Part shown: positions 1 to 15,000 of the stretch, in pieces | How positions within the stretch are numbered: position 1 is the stretch's first letter | How the letters are laid out: every line of letters begins with the position of its first letter | Source: Candidatus Levyibacteriota bacterium | GTDB lineage: Bacteria > Patescibacteriota > Microgenomatia > Levybacterales > UBA12049 | NCBI GenBank assembly: GCA_052034235.1 | Contig: JBPOIT010000009.1 | Coordinates: forward strand, 8,203-72,202 | Reading direction: 5' to 3' | Length of the DNA: 64,000 nucleotides | Notes under the pieces: model-generated | Databases searched by the model: none | Told to the model about the DNA's origin: nothing | The model's input: the letters and a program-made list of their open reading frames with translations, nothing else | Position numbers and translations under genes: made by a program

Positions 1-3000
1 CCAATGATGTCTCAATCATTACTGATGCTGATTCTTTCCTTAATATCAGCGGCTTAACAACAGCAACTGGTAATGTGGTCTGTCTTGATGCCACCAACAA
101 TGTTGTCCGCTGTGCTGCAGGTTCAATTTCATTGCAAGCTGCATATAACAGCGGTAATACTATTACGACAACCAATGCTCGAGGTATCGACTTTACCCTT
201 GCTGATACTGCTACCGATTCTAAATTCTCAGTCACCACGGCAACAGGTTCGACTGCTGGTGTTGAATTCATCAGAGCTGATGGCATTGGCGCAGATGATC
301 CAACACAGCTTGTGCTTATTGATAATGCAGATGCTGACAGAATATTACCAATAGGCCTCAGACTATCCTCCTCCGGCGGTGGCGGTATCACAACTGCGAT
401 TGATGTTTCTGACGCAACGATTGGGACTGCACTTTCATTCGGAGCGAATGATTTGGTAGGAACCAATTTCACCGTTATTGGCGGTACTGGAAACATCACC
501 AGTGCTGGTGACCTTGCTCTTAATGGCGGAGATATCACCACAACACAAACAACAGCAAATGTCTTTAACGGAACGGCAACAACACTTAATGTTGGCGGCT
601 CTGCAACATCACTCACTATCGGTGCAACAACAGGAACTGCGGCCATCAGAAATGCCACCATCTCCCTACCAAATGCGACAGCAATTAATGCAGGCAGCGC
701 AGTCACCACAATTGACTCACTCGTTCTCGGCGGTGGCTATGGCACAAGTGGTCTGAGTATCAGTAACGCAGGCACGATTCAAGCTAACGGCAACTTAACT
801 ATCGACGGGACATCAACCCTTACCGGCAATATCACCAGTGCTGGAGATTTGGCGCTTAATGGCGGCGATATCACCACGACATCACTCAACGCTTCACTCT
901 TTAATGCAAACGCAACCACGATTAACATCGGCAGCGATGCAACAGCTATTACTCTCGGCGCTGCAACTGGCACAACAACTGTTAATAACGACTTAGCAGT
1001 TACCGGCACCGGCACATTTACCGACACTCTAACTGCGAATGGTGATTTTGCAGCAAATGCTGCTTCAACCTTTACACCGTCCGGTACCAATGACGTTGCT
1101 ATCATTACCGATGCTGATTCATTCCTTAACATCAGCGGATTAACAACTCCTGGCGTTGCCGGCTCTACCCTCTGTGTGGATGCATCCGACAATGTCACCA
1201 AATGTGGCGGCGCAACCTTCTCCCTCCAAGCAGCATATGCAGGCGGAAACACGATCACCACAAGTGATGCACGAGGCATCGACTTCACACTTGCTGATAC
1301 AACAACTGATTCTAAATTCAGTGTCACTACTGCGACAGGTTCAACGGGCGGTAGTGAATTCCTGAGAGCTGATGGAGCAGGTACAGATGATCCAGCACAA
1401 CTCGTTCTGATCCAAAACCTTGATGTTGATCGAGCATTACCTATTGGACTGAAGATTGCTGGCGTCACCGGCGGAAATGTCACAACCGCACTTGATCTTT
1501 CAGATGCCAACATCACAACAGCTATCGCACTCGGTGCAAATAATATCATCGGCACACAATTCAGTTTGATTGGATCAACCGGAAATATCATAACCTCAGG
1601 AGATATCGCAGTGAATGGCGGAGACATCACCACAACTTCCGGAACCGGCAATATCTTTACGAGTGGTGCGACGACACTTAACATCGGATCAGCAGCTACA
1701 ACCTACACCGTTGGAGCAACCAATGCGACAGGTAATATCCGTGGTACAACGGTTAACTTCCCTAACGCAACAACGGTTAATGGGACACTCGCAACTGCGA
1801 ACTTTGACACTGTTACTTCCGGACAAGGTTATGGCAATACTGGCGTCACCCTTTCAAGCGCAGGCAACATCTCAGCAAATGGTGCGCTTGTTATAGACGG
1901 CACCTCGACTCTTACCGGAAATGTCACTGCAGTAGCTGATGTCGCAGTCAATGGTGGCGATCTGACATCAAGTCAAACAACATTTAATCTGCTTAACACA
2001 GGTGTCACAACACTTAATATCGGCAGTGCCGCAACAGCAATTTCAATCGGCGCTGCAACTGGCGCAACAACTGTTAACAATGCTTTGAATGTAACAGGGC
2101 TCGCAACATTTAATGGTGGCGCAACGGTTCCAACTGGCGAAACCTTGACTGCAGATGGTGCATCGAACTTTACACCTGACGGCACCAATTCCGTAACTGT
2201 TAATACCGATGGAGATTCATTCCTCAAGCTAACAGGTTTGCAAACGATTACTGGTAATCTGCTCTGTTTGGACGCTTCCGATAATGTTTCAAAGTGTTCA
2301 ACCAGTTCAATCTCACTGCAAGGTGCATACACCGGCGGCAACTCCATCACCACAACAAGTAATCGTGATATCTCCTTCACCCTTGCTGACAGTGTCACAG
2401 ATTCTAACTTTGTCGTGACATCAGCAACAGGCTCAACAGGTGGATCACAATTTGTCAGAGCTGACGGTGCAGGCACATCTGACCCAACGCAACTCGTCCT
2501 GATCCAAAATCTCGACACTGATCGTGACTTACCAATTGGCATGAGAATTGCTGGCGTTACCGGTGGAAATGTCACGACCGCAATTGATTTGTCTGATGCA
2601 AATATTGTTAATGCACTTGATTTGGGAGCAAACAATATAACCGGCACATACTTCTCAGTTGATGGCGGAACTGGCAGCATCACAACAGCAGGAGATATTG
2701 CAGTGAATGGTGGAGATGTTACAACGACATCGACAACTGCAACACTGTTTAACACCGGCGCCACTACCCTATCAATCGGCGGTGTTGCTACGACATACAC
2801 ACTTGGAGCAACCAATGCGACAGGCAATATCCGTGGTACAACCATCAACTTCCCGAATGCAACAACAATCAATGGCACGCTTGCAACCGCGAACTTTGAC
2901 ACTCAGACTGTCGGCGGCGGTTACGGCTCAACAGGCGTCACCATCTCCAACACCGGCAATATCTCAGCAAACGGTAACTTAATTGTTGACGGCACCTCCA

Positions 3001-6000
3001 CACTCACCGGAAACACAACTGTCGGCGGCACACTCGGTGTCACAGGCGCAACAACACTTTCAAGCACACTTGCCGTAACCGGTGACACGACACTGACTGG
3101 AGATCTCGCAGTTAACGGCGGCGATCTAACCACAACTGCTGCTACCTTTAACTTAATCAACGGTAATGCAACAACTGTTAACTTCGCTGGTGCTGCGACA
3201 TCACTCATCATGGGCGCACCAACTGGGACAGCACAAATCAGAAATGACGTTGTCTCACTACCAAATGCAACTGCGTTTGATGCGCTCGCTGCCCTCGCCC
3301 GCGTTGACGGCCTCCAGGTTGGTGGCGGTTACGGAGCAACTGGTGCAACCATCACAAACACAGGAAATATCTCAGCAAACGGCGCATTGGTTATTGATGG
3401 GACATCAACACTCACCGGCAATGTCACCGCTGCTTCAGACGTTGCAATCAACGGCGGAGATCTGACAACAACCCAAACCACCTTTAACTTGCTTGACTCA
3501 GTAGCAACCACGGTTAACTTCGCCGGCGCTGCGACAACACTTGAAATTGGTTCAGGAACCGGAAGAACAACACTTGATAATAACTTGACAGCAAACCTTG
3601 TTGATAACAATGTCGACGCGCTTGATATTCAGGAAGGACTCAATAATTACATCAACATCAACACAAGTGACAATGCTGAAAACATCTCATTTGGTAACGG
3701 TACAACCAACCCAACATACAATTTCGTGGGAACCGGACTGACAACATTTGCAAGTGATATTGCAGTCAACGGCGGTGATATCACCACAACTTCCGGAACT
3801 GGTAATATCTTTACCAGTGGTGCGACAACACTTAACATTGGTTCAGCTGCTACCACCTATACACTCGGTGCAACCAACGCGACAGGAAATATTCGTGGTA
3901 CAACCATCAACTTCCCGAATGCAACAACGATCAATGGCACACTCTCAACTGCAAATTTTGACACTGTTACTTCCGGACAGGGTTATGGCAACACCGGTGT
4001 TACCCTTTCAAACACAGGCAACATCTCAGCAAATGGTGCATTGATTGTTGATGGCACATCAACACTTACCGGAAATGTCACAGCCGGCGCGGATGTCGCA
4101 GTCAACGGCGGAGACCTGACCACAACAGCTGGTACCTTTAACTTGCTTACTGCAAATGCAACAGCAATCAACTTCGGTAGTGCTGCAACTGCTCTTTCAA
4201 TCGGTGCAGGAACGGGTACAACAACAGTTAATAACGCACTCACCGCAACTGGTCTGATCACTGCAAATGGCGGTGCAACGGTTGCAACCGGTCAAACCTT
4301 TACAGCAAATGGCGCATCAACCTTCAACCCTGACAGCAACAACGATGTCACCATTAATACTGATGCTGACTCATTCTTAACCGTTACCGGTCTCCAAACA
4401 GCAACCGGCACACTGGTCTGTCTTGATGGTTCAGACAACATAGCTAAATGTTCAACCAGTTCAATTTCACTGCAATCTGCTTATACCGGCGGCAATACTA
4501 TCGCGACAACTGACAATCGTGATATCGCATTTACCCTGGCCGATACAGCTACTGACAGTAATTTCATTGTCACCACGGCAACAGATTCAACCGGCGGATC
4601 ACAATTCCTCAGAGCTGATGGTGCAGGAACATCCGATCCAACGCAACTCGTCCTGATCCAAAATCTCGATTCAGATAACGCGCTTCCAATCGGGCTTAAG
4701 ATTGCGGGTATCGCTGGAGGCAATATCACCACAGCACTTGATCTGTCTGACACCAACATCACAACTGCAATCGCGCTTGGAGCAAATAGTATCAGCGGCA
4801 CGAATTTCTCACTCAACGGAACAAACGGCAATGTCACAACAGGTGGTGATGTCGCAGTCAATGGTGGAGATCTGACAACTACTTCCGGCACCTTTAACTT
4901 GGTAAACAGTGGCGCAACAACGCTTAACATCGGCGGCGTTGCTACCACCTATACACTCGGTGCAACCAATGCGACAGGAAATATCCGTGGCACAACTGTC
5001 AACTTCCCGAATGCGACAACAATCAACGGTACACTCGCAACAGCGAACTTTGATACCATCACTTCCGGACAAGGTTATGGGACTGCGGGTGTTACCCTTT
5101 CAAATGCTGGTGATATCTCAGCAAACGGTGCACTCATTGTTGACGGAACATCAACACTGACAGGTGATGTCACTGCAGCAGCTGATGTTGCTGTGAACGG
5201 TGGAGACCTGACAACCAGTGCAACGACATTTAATCTTCTTAATACAACAGCAACGACCCTTAACATTGGCGGCGATGCAACAACTGTCAGTATCGGTGAT
5301 GCAACAGGAACAACAACAGTCAATAATGCACTCACCGCAACAGGTCTGATCACAGCAAACGCCGGCGCAACGGTTTCAACAGGTCAGACCTTTACAGCAA
5401 ATGGTCAATCAACCTTTACACCAAACTTAACCAATGACATCAACATCACAACCGATGCAGATTCCTTCCTGAACATTGCAGGACTGACAACTGCAACCGG
5501 CAATACCGTTTGTATCGATGCTACCAACAACATCGTTAAATGTTCAGCTGCTTCTATCACCTTGCAGTCAGCATATGACGGTGGTAACACGATCACCACA
5601 ACTGATGGACGAAGTATCGGCTTCACACTTGCTGACACCACAACAGATGCGAACTTCTCAGTCACAACAGCACCAGGCGGTGAAGGCTACAGCTACTTCG
5701 GACTTACTGACGGCACCAACACTACCTCCCCTGCCCAACTCGTGTTGGTTGAAAATCTTGATACTGATGAAGCTTTGGCAACTGGTATTAGAATTCAATC
5801 AGCAGCTGGTGGTATCACCACAGCACTTGATGTTTCAGATATTGAAATCGGTACTGCCCTCCTCTTTGGTGCTAATGATATTACCGGTACTAATTTCTCA
5901 GTAACAGGAACCAACGGCAACGTCGGAACAGCTGGTACCATAACTGCTGCTGGCAACATTAATGCTAATTCAGGAACACTTGCAACAACACAAACAACTG

Positions 6001-9000
6001 GTAACTTGTTTAATGCAACGGTGACAACACTTAACATTGGCGGTGCGGCTACCACCTACACACTTGGTGCAACCAACGCAACAGGAAATATCCGTGGCAC
6101 AACGATCAACTTCCCGAATGCAACTGCTATCAATGGAACGAGTGCAACTGCTAACTTTGATACCATCACTGCAGGACAGGGATATGGCACTGCTGGTGTT
6201 ACCCTTTCAAATGCTGGTGATATCTCTGCTAATGGTGCACTTATCATTGATGGCACCTCAACACTCACCGGCAATGTCACTGCTGCAACTGACGTTGCTA
6301 TCAACGGCGGAGATCTGACAACCAGTGCCACAACATTTAACTTGCTTAACGCTACGGCAACAACCATTAACTTCGGCAGTGCAGCAACAGCTCTTTCAAT
6401 TGGCGCTGGAACAGGGACGACAAATATCAATAATGATCTCCTTATTGATGGCACCACCACGTCAACAGGACTGGCAACATTCAATGGCGGCGCAACAGTT
6501 GCAACAGGTCAAACATTCTTAGCAAATGGTATCTCAACCTTTTCACCTGACAGTACCAACGATGTCACCATCAATACTGATGCAGATTCAAGACTTGTCT
6601 TAACCGGCCTCCAAACAGCAGCCGGCAATGCGCTTTGTATTGACGCAACAAACAATGTGACACTTTGTAACGGTGCACCATTTGGTTTGCAGGCTGCATA
6701 TAACACAGGCAATACCATCACCACAACTGATGCTCGAGGTATCGACTTTACCCTTGCTAACACATCAACTGATGCAAACTTCTCAGTCACAACAGCTCCT
6801 GGTTCAACAGGTTACAGCTACTTCGCTTTGGCTGATGGTGCAAATGCTACGACTCCATCACAGCTCGTGCTTGTTGAGAATTTGGATACCAATCAAGCAT
6901 TGCCAACAGGTATCAGAATTCAATCAGCAGCAGGCGGTATCACAACAGCACTTGATGTTTCTGATGCTGAAATCGGTACTGCAATCTCCTTTGGAGCAAA
7001 TGATCTGAGCGGCACCTACTTCTCAGTTGCAGGTGGAACTGGTGATGTCACTTCAGCCGGTGACGCAGCATTTAATGGCGGAGACATCACCACCACGTCA
7101 ACAAATGCAAGTCTCTTTGATACCAATGCCACAACGCTTTCAATTGGAGGCGCTGCTACCACACTTACTTTGGGCGGCAATGGCGGCACGGCAACCATCA
7201 ATAACACAACAGTGGCACTAGCAAATGCAACTGCGTTTGATGCACTCACTGCCCTCGCTCGAGTTGATGGACTGCAAGTTGGCGGCGGTTACGGATCAAC
7301 TGGTGTTACCATTACAAACACTGGTAATATCTCAGCAAATGGCAACTTGATTGTCGACGGTACATCAACACTGACCGGTAATGTTACTGCCGGTGCAGAT
7401 GTCGCAGTCAACGGCGGAGATATCACCACGACGTCAACAAATGCAAGTCTCTTTGATACCAATGCCACAACGCTTAATATTGGCGGCGCGGCAACGGCTA
7501 TCGCAGTTGGTGCAGGAACTGGCACAACAACCTTGAATAATAACCTGACAGTAAACTTAGTTGATAACAATGCGAATGCACTTGATATTCAGGAGAACGG
7601 AAACAATTACATCAACATCAATACAACTGACAATGCTGAGAATATTTCATTTGGTAACGGAGCAACCAATCCAACATACAACTTTGTCGGCGCAGGACTT
7701 GCAAGCTTTGCAAGTGATATTGCAGTCAACGGCGGAGACATCCTAACCAGTGCAGCAACTGCAACTGTCTTTAATACCAACGCAACCAACCTTTCAATCG
7801 GCGGTGCAGCAACGACCTTAACACTCGGTGCAACAACAGGAACTGCAACGATCAGAAATGCAACTGTTGCACTGCCAAATGCATTAGTCGGCATCGGCAC
7901 TGCCTCACCTATCTCAGCACTCCAGGTAACCAGACCTCTGTCACTCGGGGCAACAGGCAAAGCTCTTGCTATCTTTGATCAGAATGAAAACCAGGATATC
8001 CTGACAGCATCAGCAGCAGGTGTCACCCGCTTCACCGTTTCAAATGCAGGAAACATCACCAACAGCGGAACAATTACTGCCGGCGGTGATATCACAACTG
8101 CTGGCGATCTCGCAGTGAATGGCGGAGATATCACCACAACAGCCGGTACTTTTAATTTGGTCAACACCGGTGCTACAGCTCTTAATATAGGCGGCGATGC
8201 AACAGCTGTCAGTATCGGTGATACAACCGGTACAACAACAATCAATAACGCTACAGTGAATTTTGCAAATGCGACATCCTTCACTGCTCCAACTGCTGTT
8301 GCAACTTTGGATTCACTCCAAATTGGCGGCGGTTACGGAAGCAGCGGTACAACACTGACAAATACCGGCAACATATCAGCTAACGGCGCACTCATCATTG
8401 ACGGCACCTCAACACTGACCGGCAATGTCACAACTGCTGGCGATATCGCTGTCAACGGCGGAGATATCACGACAACACAAACGACCGCTGCGCTCTTTAA
8501 CACCAACGCAACAACGATTTCTATCGGCAGCGTTGCAACAACCATCTCAATCGGAGCTGGAACTGGCACAACAACCATTAACAATAATTTGGGAGTTACG
8601 GGAACAAGTACCTTTACAGGACTTGGCACCTTTAACGGCGGCGCAACTGTTGCAACTGGTCAAACATTCACAGCAGATGGTATTTCAACATTTACACCTG
8701 ACAATACCAACGATGTCACGATCAATACTGATGCTGATTCATTCCTCGTTCTCTCAGGATTAACAACACCAGTTGCAGCAGGAACAGCATTATGTATTGA
8801 TTCTTCAGATAATGTCACCAAATGTTCAGGCAACACCGTTACCTTGCAAACTGCATACACAGGCGGCAATACCATAACAACAACAGATGCTCGAGGTATC
8901 GACTTTACTCTTGCAAATACAACAACAGACAGTAACTTCTCAGTCACAACTGCTGATGATGCAACCGGTTTCTCAGCATTCACCAGAGTGAACGGCACCG

Positions 9001-12000
9001 GAACCAACAACCCAGCACAGTTGATCCTGGTTGACAATCTCGACACAGATCAAGCAATCGCAGCAGGTATCAAGATCCAATCAGCAGGAGGCGGCATCAC
9101 CAATGGTCTTGATGTGTCAGATGCTCAAATCGTTAATGCAATTGCACTTGGAGATAATAATATAACAGGCACATACTTCTCAGTTGACGGTGGAACCGGA
9201 AGTATCACCAGTGCTGGAGATATCGCAGTCAACGGCGGCGATGTAACAACCTCAGCAACAACTGGAAATCTCTTTAATGCAGGTGCAACGATCGTTAATG
9301 TTGGCGGTGCGGCGACAACCGTTGCAATCGGTGCCGCAACAGGAACGACAACCATCTATAACCAAACCCTTGCTCTGCCAAATGCAACAGCAATCAATGC
9401 AGGCAGTGCAGTCACCACAATTGACTCACTCGTCCTCGGCGGCGGCTACGGCACGAGTGGCCTGAGTATCAGTAATGCTGGCACCATTCAGGCAAATGGC
9501 AATCTCACAATCGACGGCACATCAACACTCACAGGAGATGTCTCAACGGCTGGAGATTTGGCTGTCAATGGCGGTGACATCACAACCACAGCTGGTATAG
9601 TTAATTTGGTAAATGCAAATGCAACAACCATCAACTTCGGCAGTGCAGCAACAGCTCTTTCAATAGGAGCAGCAACTGGCACAACGAACATCAACAACAA
9701 TTTGCTTGTTGATGGCACAACGACATCAACCGGACTTGCAACATTTAACGGTGGTGCAACTGTCTCAACTGGTCAGACATTCTTAGCAGATGGCATCTCA
9801 ACATTCTCACCTGACAGCACCAATGATGTCACCATCAATACTGACAGTGACTCCTTCCTCGTACTTACAGGTTTAACAACACCAGTCGCAGCTGGCACAC
9901 AACTTTGTGTTGACGCAACAAACAATGTCACCAAATGTTCAGGTAACACTGTCACCTTGCAATCTGCATACACCGGCGGCAATACCATCACCACAACAGA
10001 TGACAGAACAATTTCATTCACACTTGCTGACACTGCAATTGACAGTAACTTCAGTGTCCAAACAGCTGCCGGTTCAACAGGTTATAACTACTTCAGTTTG
10101 CAGAATGGCACCAACACCACCTCCCCTGCCCAGCTCGTGTTGGTTGAAAATCTGGATGTGAACGAAGCATTAGCAACAGGTATAAGAATCCAATCAGCAG
10201 CAGGAGGCATCACAACAGCACTTGATCTTTCAGATGCTGACATCGTGACTGCCCTATTACTTGGTCTTAATGATGTGACAGCAACAAATTATTCAATCGC
10301 AGGAGCAACCGGCAACATCACAACAGCTGGAAATGTCGCAGTCAACGGCGGCGCTATTACAACAACTGCCGGAACAGCAACAATCTTTAATACCGGCGCA
10401 ACTGACCTTTCAATCGGCGGCGACGCAACAACCCTTTCAATCGGTGATGCTACCGGAACAGCGACCATTAATAATGCAACCGTCGCTCTCTCAAATGCGA
10501 CAGCATTTGATGCGCTCACTGCTCTCGCCAGAGTTGATTCACTGCAAGTTGGCGGCGGATACGGCGCAGCAGGTGTCACCATCAGTAACGCCGGCACCAT
10601 TCAGGCAAATGGCAATCTCACAATTGACGGCACATCAACACTCACAGGAGATGTGACTGCAGCAGGAGATGTTGCAGTAAACGGCGGAGATATCACAACA
10701 AGTGCAACAACCTTTAATCTCGCCACTGCAACAGCAACAACACTTAATATCGGCAGCGCTGGAACAACGATCTCAATCGGAGCAAATACCGGTACAACAA
10801 CCATCAATAACGATGTTGTCGTTGATGGAACCGGCACATTCTCAGGACTGGGAACATTTAATGGCGGTGCAACTGTTGCCAACGGCCAATCATTCACAGC
10901 CGGCGGCCAATCAACATTCACACCAACCGGCACAACTGATGTCGTTATCAACACTGATGCAGACTCACTTTTGACCGTTACCGGTTTGCCAACACTCACC
11001 GGCACAGCTGTTTGTATCGATGGCTCAAACACCATTGCAAAATGTTCAGCAGACTCTATCACCTTACAGTCTGCATATAACGGCGGCAATACCATCACCA
11101 CAACCGATGCACGTGATATTTCATTCACGCTTGCTGATACCACTACTGATTCTAAATTCGCAGTCACCACAGCTACAGGTTCAACCGGCGGTGTCGAATT
11201 TACCAGAGCTGATGGTGCGGGTACAGCAGATCCTTCACAGTTAGTACTCATCCAAAATCTTGATACCAACCGAGCATTGCCAGTTGGTTTGAAGATTGCT
11301 GGCGTTTCAGGCGGTAATCTGACCACCGCACTTGATTTGTCAGATGCTAACATCACAACAGCAATTGCACTTGGTACCAATAATGTTGTCGGCACGAACT
11401 TCTCAATCACCGGTTCAAACGGCAATATCGGAACAGCAGGAACAGTAACAGCTGCTGGCAACATCAATGCAAATTCAGGAACACTCGCAACAACCGAAAC
11501 AACCGGTAACCTGTTTAATGCAACAGTGACGACACTTAACATTGGCGGCGCTGCGACAACTGTTGAAATCGGCGCAGCAACAGGAACCACCTCCATCAAC
11601 AACTTAACCGTTGCTCTTGATAATGCAACTGCTTTTGATGCGCTCTCAGCTCTCGCCCGAGTTGACGGCCTCCAAGTTGGCGGTGGTTATGGAGCAGCAG
11701 GCGTCACCGTTTCAAACACTGGTAATATCTCAGCAAATGGTGCCTTGATCGTCGATGGAACCTCAACACTTACTGGCGATGTCACTGCAGCTGGTGATCT
11801 CGCAGTTAATGGCGGAGACCTGACAACAAGTGCAACAACCTTTAACTTGCTTAACGCAACTGCGACAACTGTTAACTTTGCAGGAGCTGCCACTACCCTT
11901 TCAATCGGAGCCGCAACAGGTACTTCAAATATCAATAACAACTTGCTTGTTGATGGCACAACCACATCAACTGGTCTTGCAACATTTAACGGCGGTGCAA

Positions 12001-15000
12001 CTGTTGCAACCGGTCAAACATTTACAGCAAATGGTCAATCAACCTTTGCACCAGACAGTACCAATGACATCAACCTTACAACAGATACTGACTCATTCCT
12101 GAACATTGCAGGACTGACAACTGCGACAGGAAACGCAGTTTGTGTCGATGGTTCCAACAACATTGTCATTTGTTCAGCTGCTTCTATCACCTTGCAGTCA
12201 GCATATAATGGCGGCAACACCATCACCACAGCAGATAACAAGAGTATTTCCTTCACACTTGCTGATACTTCAACAGACAGTAACTTCTCTGTCACAACTG
12301 CTGATGGTTCAACCGGCTACTCATCATTCACCAGAGCTGATGGCACTGGCACATCTGATCCAGCACAACTTATCTTGATTGATAATCTTGACACCAACCG
12401 TGCAGTTGCAGCTGGTATTAAAGTCCAAGCAGCAGGTGGCGGTATCACCAACGGCATTGACCTTTCAGATGATGAAATTGTTAATGCACTCTCACTTGGT
12501 GCAAATGACATTACTGCAACCAATTTCTCAATCACCGGTTCCAATGGTAACTTCGGTACAACTGGCACCATCACAGCAACCGGCAATATCACCAGCAGTG
12601 CAGATGTCGCAGTCAACGGTGGAGACCTGACAACAAGTGCAGGAACATTTAACTTAGTAAACAGTGGTGCAACAATTCTTAACATCGGCGGAGATGCAAC
12701 AACTGTTGCAATCGGTGCAGCAACAGGTACAACAACCATCAATAACCTGACACTCGCCCTGCCAAACGCAACTGCTATTACAGCAGCAAGTGCACTCTTA
12801 ACAATTGATTCTCTATCAGTCGGCAACGGTTATGGTTCAACTGGTGTGACTATCTCCAACACTGGTAACGTCCAAGCAAATGGCAACTTAACAATTGATG
12901 GCACATCAACACTCACCGGTGATGTCACAACTGCCGGCAACGTTGCAGTCAACGGCGGCACAATCTCAACAACACAAACAACAGCAAATCTCTTCAACGC
13001 AAATGCGACAACTGTGAATATCGGCGGCGCTGCTACCACCAATTTTGCAGGCGGTTACGGTGCAACAGGAGTCACCCTCTCCTCCGCTGGTGACATCTCA
13101 GCAAATGGTTCCTTAATAATTGATGGCACATCAACACTGACCGGCAATGTCACAACAGCTGGAGATCTTGCTGTTAACGGCGGCGATATCACCTCAACTG
13201 CCGGAACACTCAACATCAACGCAGGCGGCATTGTCGCAATCGATGATGCATTGACCGTAACCGGTACGATTTCAGACAGCAATTCAAACCTGATTCTTGA
13301 TGACACGGTTGATATTGGCGGTGCAAACGGCATCCGCATTGATACAACCGGCGACATCTCAGACATTGATGGTGAGGTTACCATTTCAGATAACACCACA
13401 ATAAACGGCACACTCACCGTAACCGGTGCAATCTCTGACAGTAATTCAAATCTTTCACTTAACGACAACACCGATGTGACTGGTGACTTCACTGTTTCAG
13501 GCCGAACAACGCTCGGATCAGCAACCCAAGGTGACGGCACATTAAATGTCACCGGTGCACAAGCTGGTAAAGCACTCGTCATTCTTAACGAAACCGGTGA
13601 TCAGAACATCCTGACTGCTTCTGCTTCAGGAACAACTGTGTTGAATGTTATGAGAAACGGCAATCTGCAAATTGAAGGTTCACTTTCAGATCTTTCAGAT
13701 GCAACCCTTAACATAAATGACAGCCTGGATGTTGCCGGCAACTTCACCTTAACAGGCACCATCTCAGACACCAATTCAAACCTGATCCTTGATGACACTG
13801 TTGATATTGGCGGAGCAAACGGCATTCGCATTGATACAACCGGCCAGATCTCTGACATTGATGGCATTGTCGCAATTGTCGATAACACCACAATTGACGG
13901 CACACTTACCGTCACCGGTGCAATCTCTGACAGTAATTCAAATCTCTCACTCAACGACAACACCGATGTCACCGGAACATTTACTGCATCAGGACAAACA
14001 ACCATCGGCACGGCAGTTCAGGGTGACGGCCTGTTCAATGTCACCGGCGCACAAACCGGCAAAGCGCTCGCTATCTTTAATGAAACCGGCGATCAGAATA
14101 TCCTTACCGCTTCAGCAAGTGGCACAACTGTCTTTAATCTCGGCAGAACTGGGAACGTTGCAATTGAAGGTTCACTTTCAGATCTTTCAGATGCTGCGTT
14201 GACAATCAATGATTCCCTATCAGTCACAGGAGATGCAACAGTTACCGGCATAACAACACTGAACGGAGCACTGATTGCAAACAGTACCGCTAACTTCCAA
14301 GATGTCACAGGTATCACTGTCGGTGTAGACGCAGCAACCAACACCAAAGGAGTTATCAAACTTATCGGTGAAGGTTCCAACAACTACTCAACAACCTTCC
14401 AAACTGGTATCCAAACACAAGACGTGACATACACACTTCCACTTGATGACGGTAGTACTAACTATGTTCTTTCAACTGATGGTAATGGCGTTCTCTCATG
14501 GCAATCAGCATCAGGCGTTGGTGCAGGAACAATCAATGCAGTCGGCAACGTCGTTACAGGAAGTGCTTTTACCGGCAGTGATTCAAGTGCAAATAAAGGT
14601 AATGAGCTGTACTTCGAAGGTTCAACCAGTACTGATGATGGAAATGAAATTCTGTTAACCGCTGTTAATCCATCAGCTGACAGAACGTACACGATGCCTG
14701 ATCTCGGCACCAATGGAACCTTTGCCTTCCTCGAAGGAACACAAACATTCACTGGACTTAAGACTTTTGCTCCAGCCGCTGACAATGTCGGTTTAACTGT
14801 CACCTCCTCCACGACAGATGATGGTGAAGGTTTCAGACTGAACTTCACCCAATCAGATGACACTAACGCCAATGACACAGGCAGTGCCTTGAGTATCGCT
14901 TTGACTTCAAGTTCAGGTGACGCAGATTCACTCTATGGCGTTAACCTTGAAGACATCTCTGCAGGTGCAGCAAATGAAGTCGGTTTGAGAATCGGTGCTG

